A stretch of DNA of 64,000 bases from Dudresnaya verticillata (lineage: Eukaryota). The position numbers and the translations under genes were made by a program. Below the pieces are notes generated by a model. That model had not been told where the DNA came from, did not search any database, and saw only the letters and a program-made list of their open reading frames with translations. Below are positions 33,262-44,800 of the stretch, in pieces. Location of the stretch: NCBI GenBank assembly GCA_977862235.1, contig OZ374559.1:1240001-1304000 (forward strand). The letters are read 5' to 3'. Numbering within the stretch: the first letter of the stretch is position 1; every line of letters begins with the position of its first letter.

Positions 33262-36200
33262 TTAGCCGCGTTGCGCGTCGTCGACGTTTGGCGGCAGCTG
33301 CATACGTTTGCGACGGTGGTATCGTGTGACGTGGGAGCGCGGCAAACTGGAGACTGGCTCCCAGGCGTTCGCTGAAGCGGGGTATCCAAACCACTTGACG
33401 CGGTAGAGGATCTCATCATCATCCGCGTATGCGTGCGACTCTATGCGTTCAATCACGTATTCTTTTCGGCTCACAGCGTTCGGCTTGGGCGTGGGCCTGT
33501 CCAGCACCTTTGGCGGTTTGTCTCGTTGCGTGATGGGCGTCTGTTACGGCTCGGCGAAGCGTACTCGACGAGTTGATCGCCGAAGGCGTTGGCCTTGGGC
33601 CTCGGACGCTCGATCAGCGGTCAGTGGATTGTTGCGTCTTGAGACGAGTTCATCGCTTGCAGCGCCTTGCTTCGTGCTTGCACGGTTAATGTCTTCGTTA
33701 TCAGACGCGCTTTCAGCGGAGTCATTGTTCTCATTCGGCGGCGCCGTAGCGACGTGTTCCAAACGGGTGCGAACCCCTGGGGTAATGTCGTCGTTGGAGA
33801 CGGATTGCGAAGCGCGGTCGTTGGGATCGGCGGCGAAGGGCGAAAGCTCTGCCAACCCACGGTTGCGTGACGCGTCGATCGTACGCTCTTGCGGATCTGC
33901 CGCAGTATGCGAAGTGTCTGCGTCCTCTTCCGGGTCCGCTGGTGGCGTGCTTGGGGTAGTCGTCCCTTCGTCGTGTGACGTGGGGGCGACTGCTCCCTGC
34001 TCCTCAGGCGGGCCTGGTGGTACGACGATTGGAGGGGCCACCTGACCCGTGGGGTCGGCGCCCAGACCACGCGGTCTCGGGACAAACGTTCCCGCTCACC
34101 ACGTCCCTTGTCGACGGTTACTGTCTCGTTATCAACGTGAGTTACCCGGTATGGTCCGTCCGCTACTGGCGCCAGCTTATGCTTACGCTCTGCGCGATCC
34201 GTGCTCCCGCCTCGGGCGAAGTATTCCTTACGTACGAATACGAAGTCGCCTACGGCGATTGTTTCCTTCGATTTCCTTAATCGGGTATCGAAGTTTCGTT
34301 TGTAACGTGCTTGAGTTTTCTCTAACGACGCTTTAGCGGTTCCCATCAGTGCGGCCAGCCAGGTTCGCCACTTGGTGTAGTATTGCCCCGCGGTGGGTAC
34401 GCTTTCGAGCGACGGTTCCGCTTCGAGCGACAACGGTCGTGGTGGCTTCTACAGCACCAATTCAAACGGAGCGAGATGCGTAGACGAATGCAACTGTGTG
34501 TTGTATGCGAACGTCAAGGCATCCGTGAACAGGTCCCAGTCTCTCGGGTGATCCGCAACGTATTGACGCAGCGAGGCCAGGATAGTTCGATTGAATCGTT
34601 CCACCTGGCCATTGCATTGCGGATGGTACGTCGTGGTGAAGAGATTCTCAACTCCCAAAAGACGGCAGATATCCTGAAACAGCTTAGCCACAAACTGTGG
34701 TCCGTTGTCGGACAACAGTTTCTTGGGAGGACCGTACACGAAGACCCAATGTCGTACAAACGCCTTAGCGATTTCCAATGCCGTAATACTATGCAGTGGG
34801 ACCGTCCGGACCAGCTTCGAGAAGCGGTCCACAATGACGAGTAGGAACTTGTTTCCTCGCTTCGTGCGTATGAGTTCGCCCAGGATGTCGATCGACACGA
34901 ATTCGAGAGGCTCGGTTGCCGGGAACAACTTCAATTGCTTGGTGTTCTTTCGCAGCAATACGAGATTCTTAGCGCAAGTTACGCAGTTGCGGACGGTCGC
35001 ATAGCATTCCAATGGCATCGATGGCCAATAGTATTCGCGTCGAAGCGTATGATACAACTTACGCCCCCCTGGGTGCCCTGCCAACTTGGCGTGGTGCCGG
35101 AGGTGGAGTAAGCGAGCGCGTAACGCGGAGGGTACGACCACTTGCGGACGGGCTTCCACTGTTCGGACCAACAGGCCCTGTTCATCCGTTGCGAACGGTA
35201 AGGTGATCCCGTCATCAAGACGTTTCCTGACATCGTTACAGTAATTGTCGTCGCCTTGGGCGTGTACCAACTCTTCATGCGTCACTTGACGAAGGAGTAC
35301 CTCATCCGCCGGTGGCGTGTTGTTGATCAACACTTGGTCGAACTCTTCGAACTCTCGTTCGGCGAAGTCGACCTCGCCTTCGGCGTCTGACAGATCGTCT
35401 TGTGACGTTTGATGGCCGTCTTCGACGTAGCTTCCGTGATAGCACGGTATATCATCGTCAATGGGCTCGACGGTTTCTCCCTTCGTCTGTAGACGCGAAA
35501 GGGCATCTGCCTGAGTATTCAGGTACCCCTTTTTGTACTTCACGACAAAGTCGAACTCGGAAAGGCGAAGGCGCCACCGCATTAACCGTCCGGAGGGGTC
35601 GCTGATTTCCATCAGCCACCTCAATGACGAATGGTCCGTATGGACTGTGAACGACTCCATCTGGAGGTAAGGTCTCAGCGTCATGACGGACCATACTACT
35701 GCGAGGCACTCCTTTTCGGAGACCGAGTAGTTACGCTCTGGAGCGGTGAGCGAGCGGGACCAGAAGCCGAGTAGCTTACGTTACCCGTCTGGCTGCGTTT
35801 GAAAGAGAGCGCAGCCAACCTGATACTCGCTTGCGTCACAGTCGACGGAATAGGGGAGACCCTGTTGTGGTAGCGCCAGTATAGGCGGATGAGTCACGGC
35901 CTCGACGAGCGTACTGAACGCTTTGGCTTGTGTCTCATCAAACGGTGGTAACCGGAAGTCCTGTTCCTTCCTCAGCAATTTGTTGAGGGGGGCAGCGACA
36001 TGCGCGTATCGCGAGACGAACCGTCGGTAGACGTTACAAAGACCTAGGAAACTCCGTAGCTCCTTCTGATCCCGTGGGTGCTTGGCTTCGCGTAGCGCGG
36101 CAGTGACAGTTCGGTCAACTTCTAACCGTCCTGGACGTATGACGTGTCCTAAGTAGTTGACGGTCGGGGTGAAGAAGTCACACTTGGTCAACTTCAGAGT

Positions 36201-37977
36201 CACCCCGGCGCGGTGCAATGTCGAAAGGATCTCGTCAACGTGACGGAAGTGACTGTCGATGTCGCTGGAGAAGATTATTACGTCAGCGAGGTAGACGAGG
36301 CACGAACGCCACTTGTAACCAGCGAGCAGTATGTCCAACGTTCGTTGAAACGTAGCGGGTGCGTTCGTGAGACCGAATGGCATACGCTTATAGCGGAAAA
36401 GTCCGGCGTGGCACGTGAAAGAAGTCTTATCGCGGTCTCGCGGATTGATCGGCACTTGCCAGTACCCACTGTTACAGTCTAGGGTGGTGAAGACGTTTGC
36501 TTCCCCTAGACTGTCAATGCATTCGTCGATATGCGGCAGCGGGTACGTGTCCCGTATGGTTACTGCGTTTAAACGACGGTAGTCCACGCAAAAGCGGAGG
36601 GTCCCGTCCTTCTTGGGGGCGAAGACCACTGGTGACGCCCACGGCGATTGTGCGGGTTCGATAACCCCTTGAAGCAGCATGCGGTCCACTTCCGTTTGAG
36701 CGAGTTGTCTTTGCTTCGGCCCCGCTCGGTAGGGCGGGGACGATATCGGTCTAGAGCCGGGAAGCAAGTCGATGTAGTGCTCCGTGGTTGAGATTTCTCC
36801 CAACGAACCGTCCCACATAGACGAATACTTGCGTAACATCTCCTTAAGCCGGCCTTGATGCTCGGCGGGGAGATGTCCCAGGTCCAAATCGTCTACTGAC
36901 GGAGGTTTGGCAGTGGTTGCCTCGATAGACTTCGTGAAAGTATCCGGCTGTGCCACAGTGCTAACGTTCGTTTGAAAACGGAAATCTTGGTTTGCCTTCT
37001 CTTCCTCGGCTTGTTCCTCCGTGAGGCCCAAAACATCGGCTAGACTTACGTGACTGGGGAACACTGCTGTCGGATGTGGTAACGCCGTCGCGACGACTTG
37101 GCCCTTGGCCAGCGCCTGCGGGCGGGGAGAGAAGTTGGCAACCAGAATGCGAAACGCTTTTAGCGGCTCCACTTGAGCAATCCCGTTCGTAACGGCCAGA
37201 CCTTGTTTGTCGTACAGCGTTCCGAACAGTTGAATTGTGATGATACCGGCGCGCTCGGTGGTCACCGATACCCATTGCTGCGCCTTAGGCGGGATGATCG
37301 CGCGCTCGGCGACTCGGATCTTGGGCGACGTCCTCCCTTCGGCCTTGCCGTATTCCTGTTCCGTTGGTAACGGAGGATACGACGGGGGTCGGCGCAGCGG
37401 GCGGCGCGTTATAGGGACACGAGTCCCGTCATCCAATTCAACCTCGCGACTTCGCGGATATATTGCTTCGACGAACCGGTCGCAAAAGTCGCAGCCGAGT
37501 ATCACCGGTGCAGCGAGTCGTTCGCAAACGATCAGTTCCAACTTGACGACTCTCCGTCCTAGACGAACGATCAGGTTGATGGTGCCTCTTGTCTGGATCG
37601 CCTTATTGTTGGCGTCGGCTATGACGGGGAGGCTCTTTGTCACGATGCGCGATCGCGCTTCCAGCGGAATGTCGTCAATGCAAATGAAATTCGGACCAGC
37701 CCCCGTGTCGAGGACAGTGAGTTTACGTGCCAAGGTACTAACGGTTGCGCCCAAATCGGCGTACACATTATAGTTCCTCTTGGCCATCACGAACAACTGC
37801 CCTCGCGTTTGGGGGGCTGGTACCTTCGCCATGGGCGTTTTAATGACGTCTGCGACGACTCTATCCGCCCGTTGGCGTCTTTGGTAACTAACTTCGGGCC
37901 CTCCTTCCGTGTCAGCACCCGAGGCCTGGGCCTCTCGTCGTGGTGCGACACCCCAGTGTCAGGAGTTGGTGCCCGAG
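33262..37977 (-). pseudogene. pol: Gypsy pol copy A: protease, RT, RNase H, integrase, chromodomain (inactivated)
   Basis: LDTGAGPNF; WASPVV...RFCVDYRRLN; MPFGLTNAPATFQ; catalytic YLDD changed to YLAD; DCDASEYQVG; HHCC and DDE integrase; GPY; KWFGY...WEP. Stops at 35781, 34449 and 33544; frameshift at ~34045. Confidence 0.96.
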
Positions 37978-38690
37978 TTAGTTTTTCGCCTGCGGCGGTG
38001 GTTGTGGCGCTTCATAGCGATTGATCATCGTCGGATGACGTTCTGCCGCGTGCGGCATGGGTCCGCCTCGTGGTGATTGTGGCCCTGCAGCACAGCGAGC
38101 AGCGTCGCGGGTCGCGCGTTCCTTGCAACGTACATACGCATCAGCGGGGACCCCAGCCTTCTCGGCTTCGGTTAGTCCTTCATAGTTGGTAATAACCTTC
38201 ATGAAGTCGCTCATGCGGAGGAAGCAGTCCGGCGCGATGTGTCCGCGGGCGTAGCATTGGTGGCATACCAGCTGCCGACGCGCGTCTTGACGGGGCGGGC
38301 CTCTGTCCTTCCATCCGGGCCTTGCTCGGTGGACGTGAGGAGCATACTCGGAATAGGGGACACGTGGCGCTGGTACGACGGAGCGCCCAAAGGCGAGAGC
38401 AGGGTCCATATCCCTTTCGTCTTCATCATCGACGTAGCTGTCCGTCGGTAGAGCCGAGATTGGCACCGACGCTTGCTCGTCTGCCAAGTACAGATCGCCT
38501 TCGGCGTGTGTTTCCATTTCATCGACAGGGCGACTAACGTCTCGAAACTCGACGGAGGACTCCGCTATCATAGCGCGCGCTCCAGGCTTGGCGCCTCTCT
38601 TCTGCGGACGCAGTACCCCTCGGGTATCGCCGATGGCGGATCGCGGTGTGCGTACGGCTTGAGCCGGTGTCAGTAGGTCACGTCTTGCTG
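37978..38690 (-). pseudogene. gag: gag C-terminal fragment (copy A) with CCHC knuckle
   Basis: CHQCYARGHIAPDC; ends QAKN*; truncated at 38690 where it fuses to an LTR. Confidence 0.9.
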
Positions 38691-39126
38691 CATGCAACGC
38701 GTGATCTGTCAGACGCGCCTCGGGACGACACCTGTCCCGAGTTCCCGCGCTACGCGCACGCACCGCCGCCGCCGCACCGCCGTACTATACTTAGGTAAGC
38801 CGTCCCAGACGTAACAGTAAACGCCCGGGCAAGCCGGCCTTGGTCCAGACTTTCCCGTTCCGCACGCGCGTACTCTACCGCTGCCTACGGCTAAGCGTCT
38901 ACCTCCCGTGCTTCCACGTCTACCATCGTCCCTGACGTGTTCCCTTTCCGTTTCCCTTTCCCTTCCTTCACACCTTCCGCCTCGGGCGTCTACAGTCCGC
39001 CCAAGGCGTGTTCCTTTGCTCTACCACCAAGTCGCCCACGGCGGGTCTACCTACCGCCAAGGGCGCAGCTACCCACCGAGCCCCGAACTGCTCGGCGGTC
39101 CATCGTCAACAGACGTTTGCACCACA
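38687..39126 (+). repeat. 5'-truncated, chimeric 5' LTR of the inner element
   Basis: 38687-~38980 matches the type A LTR; ~38990-39126 matches the type B LTR (CATCGTCAACAGACGTTTGCACCACA). Confidence 0.88.
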
Positions 39127-39128
39127 TC

Positions 39129-39146
39129 TGGTCTCCCAACCTAGAA
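39129..39146 (+). other. Primer binding site (probably tRNA-Tyr)
   Basis: TGGTCTCCCAACCTAGAA, 2 nt after the LTR end. Confidence 0.8.
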
Positions 39147-39253
39147 GCAGTGCTACGTTTCAACGAGTTTCTCCGTCGCGCGACGTCCGACTTTCCGTCT
39201 CTGACGTTTGTCGCTAATCGTCCACGACGTTCAAGCAACTCTACGATTGTATC

Positions 39254-41818
39254 ATGGCCTCACGACCGCCGCCGTCGCGAGGTCCAAGTTCAAGAAGACC
39301 GTCTTCGACGCCTGGGAGTGTACCCGCGTCTGAACGGTCGCTACAGCGGATGACAACGAGGTCTGGGCGCCTCGTGAGCCCCGAGATCGCGTCGGCGTTC
39401 CCGACGCTACCCCCGGGCCACGGCCACGCAGGCTCCCACGCGTCGTTCAACGGAGGAGAGTTACCTCCCCCGCCGACGCGCCACAACGCCGTCGTCGTCC
39501 GCACCTCCGTCCCCGAGGGATCGGCCCTCCGCACCTACCGCTCCTATGTTGACTCGGCTGATACAGTACAAGCCGAGCAACAGGACGTCGTAGACGGAAC
39601 ACAAGCCGACATCGTCGCGGTACAACCGGAACTTCCGGACCAACCAACCATCCACGTCAACGACGAACAGGGGCGCTCTGCGGAGCGCAACGTCGGTGAC
39701 GAACCATTGACACACGGGGCATGTTGCCCCACTCCCCACGGCAGTGCCGGTTGTTCGCCGGCTAAGCCGAATTCGCCAAGTCAAAGGGCGCAAGGGACGC
39801 CCGACCGGTCCAACCGCGAAAGCCAACCGCCAACGGCGTCACCCTCGGCCGTCCGTGTGAGTAATTTAACGATACCACGCGAACGGATCCGAGACGTGTG
39901 CGTCTTGGAGGACGATGCGATGCTCGCTCGATTCGCCGGGCTGCTGGACGACAGTGTCGGAGGAATCGCAAGTCTTCTACAGACGTTGGAAGAGGATCGG
40001 AACGGCGCCCTACAAGGACTACGCTCCGACCTCGACCGTCTATTGACGAACCAAAACGCCCAAGGCGAGAGTACACAACCACCGCCGGCAGTAACGGTTC
40101 ATTCGCATTCTGAGCTTAGCTCACGCGAACGCTTTCAGCGACTTGCGACCCGCTTAGAGCGTCTCGAAACCGCCAAGTGGCGCAATGGTCCGCCGTCAGG
40201 TGACGAAAGCTCAGGCGAAGATCGTCACAGACGTAAGGACCGGAAGAAACGCCGTCGGAAGCTACGTCAGAGACGGAAGAAGAATCGTCATCGACGAGGG
40301 GACTCATCCTCATCGTCTTCGGACTCGTCAAGTGACGGAGATTCATCGGACTCTTCGTCTGAAGACGACGACTTCCCAACTCTCGGCAGTGCCGCAAGAC
40401 CTCGCGGAAAGCGGTTCAAAGGGTTGAAGGAGCTACGCCCCTCCAACCCCCTTTTCGATCAGCTATTATCGTACCGGACTTACCGTCTCAAAGACGTAGG
40501 ACAAAAACGCTCAGGGCGCGATACGGGCAAGGTCAAGCACCACATTAAGCGACTGGAGCTGACCATGAAGGACGCCGCCTTCAACGGCAGCGACCCCGTC
40601 ATGGTCCTCGAGTTCCTGACGCGTTACGCGGATGAAGCCGATACGCTGGAGATGAGAGAAGCCCAAGCGTTCGTCGCGCTGCCGTACTTCTTGCGAGGGA
40701 CGGCAGCCACGCAATTCCGCTCCGTCAAGTCGACGTCTTCTCGCCATCGCGGCGGGGTGTCTTCGTATCCGGAGGCGATACAGTACCTCCTCCGTACGTA
40801 TGCTACGCCAGCGGCGATCAGGGACGCTGTCCTCGCCCTACGGTCGACTGCCCAAAGGCAAGGCGAGTACGAGACGACCTATGGGATGCGGCTAGCCGGT
40901 GCGTGTATTCGTTGCGGTAACGTATATCCCGATTGGGAAAAGATGACGCTGTACATCGACGGGTTAGACCCGTCGATCAGGTCTCTGGTCGCTCGCTTCC
41001 GAGAAGAAACGCCAAGGGCGGAGTTGTCATTTGAGCGGCTGGTCCACTTCGCACAGGACGAAGGGGATGCCAACCGCGCACGACACGGCAGAGCCGGTTC
41101 CGCGTCAGCACGACGTGACCTTCTGACACCGGCTCAAGCCGTACGCACACCGCGATCCGCCATCGGCGATGCCCGAGGGGTACTGCGTCCGCAGACGAGA
41201 TGCGCCAAGCCTGGAGCGCGCGCTATGATAGCGGAGTCCTCCGTCGAGTTCCGAGACGTTAGTCGACCTGTCGATGACATGGAAACACACGCCGAAGGCG
41301 ATTTGTACTTGGCAGACGAGCAAGCGTCGGTGCCAACCTCCGCTCTACCGACGGACAGCTACGTCGATGACGAAGAAGAAAGGGATATGGACCCTGCTCT
41401 CGCCTTTGGGCGCTCGGTCGTACCAGCGCCACGCGTCCCCTATTCCGAGTATGCTCCTCAAGTCCACCGAGCAAGGTCCGGGTGGCAGGACAGAGGCCCG
41501 CCCCGTCAAGACGCGCGTCGGCAACTGGTATGCCACCAATGCTACGCCCGCGGACACATCGCGCCGGACTGCTTCCTTCGCATGAGCGACTTCATGAAGG
41601 TTATTACCAACTATGAAGGACTAACCGAAGCCGAGAAGGATGGTGTCCCCTCTGATGCGTATGTACGTTGCAAGGAACGCGCGACCCGCGATGCCGCTCG
41701 CCGTGCTGCACGACCACAATCACCACGAGGCGGACCCATGCCGCACGCGGCAGAACGTCATCCGACGATGATCAATCGCTATGAAGCGCCACAACCACCG
41801 CCGCAGGCGAAAAACTAA
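39254..41818 (+). CDS. gag: Gag polyprotein (854 aa, intact)
   Basis: Long ORF after the PBS; capsid-like FNGSDPVMVLEFL region; CX2CX4HX4C knuckle; basic and Ser/Asp-rich tracts. Confidence 0.92.
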   Translation: MASRPPPSRGPSSRRPSSTPGSVPASERSLQRMTTRSGRLVSPEIASAFPTLPPGHGHAGSHASFNGGELPPPPTRHNAVVVRTSVPEGSALRTYRSYVDSADTVQAEQQDVVDGTQADIVAVQPELPDQPTIHVNDEQGRSAERNVGDEPLTHGACCPTPHGSAGCSPAKPNSPSQRAQGTPDRSNRESQPPTASPSAVRVSNLTIPRERIRDVCVLEDDAMLARFAGLLDDSVGGIASLLQTLEEDRNGALQGLRSDLDRLLTNQNAQGESTQPPPAVTVHSHSELSSRERFQRLATRLERLETAKWRNGPPSGDESSGEDRHRRKDRKKRRRKLRQRRKKNRHRRGDSSSSSSDSSSDGDSSDSSSEDDDFPTLGSAARPRGKRFKGLKELRPSNPLFDQLLSYRTYRLKDVGQKRSGRDTGKVKHHIKRLELTMKDAAFNGSDPVMVLEFLTRYADEADTLEMREAQAFVALPYFLRGTAATQFRSVKSTSSRHRGGVSSYPEAIQYLLRTYATPAAIRDAVLALRSTAQRQGEYETTYGMRLAGACIRCGNVYPDWEKMTLYIDGLDPSIRSLVARFREETPRAELSFERLVHFAQDEGDANRARHGRAGSASARRDLLTPAQAVRTPRSAIGDARGVLRPQTRCAKPGARAMIAESSVEFRDVSRPVDDMETHAEGDLYLADEQASVPTSALPTDSYVDDEEERDMDPALAFGRSVVPAPRVPYSEYAPQVHRARSGWQDRGPPRQDARRQLVCHQCYARGHIAPDCFLRMSDFMKVITNYEGLTEAEKDGVPSDAYVRCKERATRDAARRAARPQSPRGGPMPHAAERHPTMINRYEAPQPPPQAKN

Positions 41819-44800
41819 CTCGGGCACCAACTCCTGACACTGGGGTGTCGCACCGCGAAGAGAGGCCTAGGCCTCGGGTGCTGACACGGAAGGAGGGCCC
41901 GAAGTTAGTTTCAGATGACGCCAACGGGCGGATAGAGTCGTCACAGACGTCATTAAAACGCCCATGGCGAAGATACCAGCCCCCCGGGCGCAAGGGCAGT
42001 TGTTCGTGATGGCCAAGAGGAATTATAAGGTGTACGCCGATTTGGGCGCAACCTTTAGTACCTTGGCACGTAAACTCACTGTCCTCGACACGGGGGCTGG
42101 TCCGAATTTCATTCGCATTGACGACATTCCGCTGGAAGCGCGATCGCGCATCGTGACAAAGAGCCTCCCCGTCATAGCCGACGCCAACAATAAGGCGATC
42201 CAGACAAGAGGCACCATCGACCTGATCGTTCGTCTAGGACGGAGAGTCGTCAAGTTGGAACTGATCGTTTGCGAACGACTCGCTGCACCGGTGATACTCG
42301 GCTGCGACTTTTGCGACCGGTTCGTCGAAGCAATATATCCGCGAAGTCGCGAGGTTGAATTGGATGACGGGACTCGTGTCCCTATAACGCGCCGCCCGCT
42401 GCGCCGACCCCCGTCGTATCCTCCGTTACCAACGGAACAGGAATACGGCAAGGCCGAAGGGAGGACGTCGCCCAAGATCCGAGTCGCCGAGCGCGCGATC
42501 ATCCCGCCTAAGGCGCAGCAATGGGTATCGGTGACCACCGAGCGCGCCGGTATCATCACAATTCAACTGTTCGGAACGCTGTACGACAAACAAGGTCTGG
42601 CCGTTACGAACGGGATTGCTCAAGTGGAGCCGCTAAAAGCGTTTCGCATTCTGGTTGCCAACTTCTCTCCCCGCCCGCAGGCGCTGGCCAAGGGCCAAGT
42701 CGTCGCGACGGCGTTACCACATCCGACAGCAGTGTTCCCCAGTCACGTAAGTCTAGCCGATGTTTTGGGCCTCACAGAGGAACAGGCCGAGGAGGAGAAG
42801 GCAAACCAAGATTTCCGTTTTCAAACGAACGATAGCACTACGGCACAGCCGGATACTTTCACGAAGTCTATCGAGGCAACCACTGCCAAACCTCCGTCAG
42901 TAGACGATTTGGACCTGGGACATCTCCCCGCCGAGCATCAAGGCCGGCTTAAGGAGATGTTGCGCAAGTATTCGTCTATGTGGGACGGTTCGTTGGGAGA
43001 AATCTCAACCACGGAGCACTACATCGACTTGCTTCCCGGCTCTAGACCGATATCGTCCCCGCCCTACCGAGGGGGCGACGCAAAGACAACTCGCTCAAGC
43101 GGAAGTGGACCGCATGCTGCTTCAAGGGGTTATCGAACCCGCACAATCGCCGTGGGCGTCACCAGTGGTCTTCGCCCCCAAGAAGGACGGGACCCTCCGC
43201 TTTTGCGTGGACTACCGTCGTTTAAACGCAGTAACCATACGGGACACATACCCGCTGCCGCGTATCGACGAATGCATTGACAGTATAGGGGAAGCAAACG
43301 TCTTCACCACCCTAGGCTGTAACAGTGGGTACTGGCAGGTGCCAATCAATCCGCGAGACCGCGATAAGACGGCGTTCACGTGCCACGCTGGACTGTTCCG
43401 CTATAAGCGTATGCCATTCGGTCTCACGAACGCACCCGCTACGTTTCAACGAACGTTGGACATACTGCTCGCTGGTTACAAGTGGCGTTCGTGCTTCGTC
43501 TACCTCGATGACGTAATAATCTTCTCCAGCGACATCGACAGTCACTTCCGTCATGTTGACGAGATCCTTTCGACATTGCACCGCGCCGGGGTGACTCTGA
43601 AGTTGACCAAGTGTGACTTCTTCACCCCGACCGTCAACTACTTAGGACACGTCATACGTCCAGGACGGTTAGAAGTTGACCGAACTGTCACTGCCGCGCT
43701 ACGCGAAGCCAAGCACCCACGGGATCAGAAGGAGCTACGGAGTTTCCTAGGTCTTTGTAACGTCTACCGACGGTTCGTCTCGCGATACGCGCATGTCGCT
43801 GCCCCCCTCAACAAGTTGCTGAGGAAGGAACAGGACTTCCGGTTACCACCGTTTGATGAGACACAAGCCAAAGCGTTCAGTACGCTCGTCGAGGCCGTGA
43901 CTCATCCGCCTATACTGGCGCTACCACAACAGGGTCTCCCCTATTCCGTCGACTGTGACGCAAGCGAGTATCAGGTTGGCTGCGCTCTCTTTCAAACGAA
44001 GCCAGACGGGTAACGTAAGCTACTCGGCTTCTGGTCCCGCTCGCTCACCGCTCCAGAGCGCAACTACTCGGTCTCCGAAAAGGAGTGCCTCGCAGTAGTA
44101 TGGTCCGTCATGACGCTGCGACCTTACCTCCAGATGGAGTCGTTCACAGTCCATACGGACCATTCGTCATTGAGGTGCCTGATGGAAATCCGCGACCCCT
44201 CTGGACGGTTAATGCGGTGGCGCCTTCGCCTTTCCGAGTTCGACTTTGTCGTGAAGTACAAAAAGGGGTACCTTAACACTCAGGCAGATGCCCTTTCGCG
44301 TCTACAGACGAAGGGAGAAACCGTCGAGCCCATTGACGATGATATACCGTGCTATCACGGAAGCTACGTCGAAGACGGCCATCAAACGTCACAAGACGAT
44401 CTGTCAGACGCCGAAGGAGAGGTCGACTTCACCGAACGCGAGTTCGAAGAGTTCGACCAAGTGTTGATCAACAACACGCCGCCGGCGGATGAGGTACTCC
44501 TTCGTCAGGTGACGCATGAAGAGTTGGTACACGCCCAAGGCGATGACAATTACTGTAACGATGTCAGGAAACGTCTTGATGACGGGATCACCTTACCGTT
44601 CGCAACGGATGAACAGGGCCTGTTGGTCCGAACAGTGGAAGCCCGTCCGCAAGTGGTCGTACCCTCCGCGTTACGCGCTCGCTTACTCCACCTCCGGCAC
44701 CACGCCAAGTTGGCAGGGCAACCAGGGGGGCGTAGGTTGTATCATACACTCCGACGCGAATACTATTGGCCATCAATGCCAGTGGACTGCTATGCGACCG

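Noticed and set aside
37978..38763. 261-aa ORF as an independent gene
   Set aside because: It is an artefactual fusion of LTR antisense sequence to the truncated gag C-terminus at 38687-38690.
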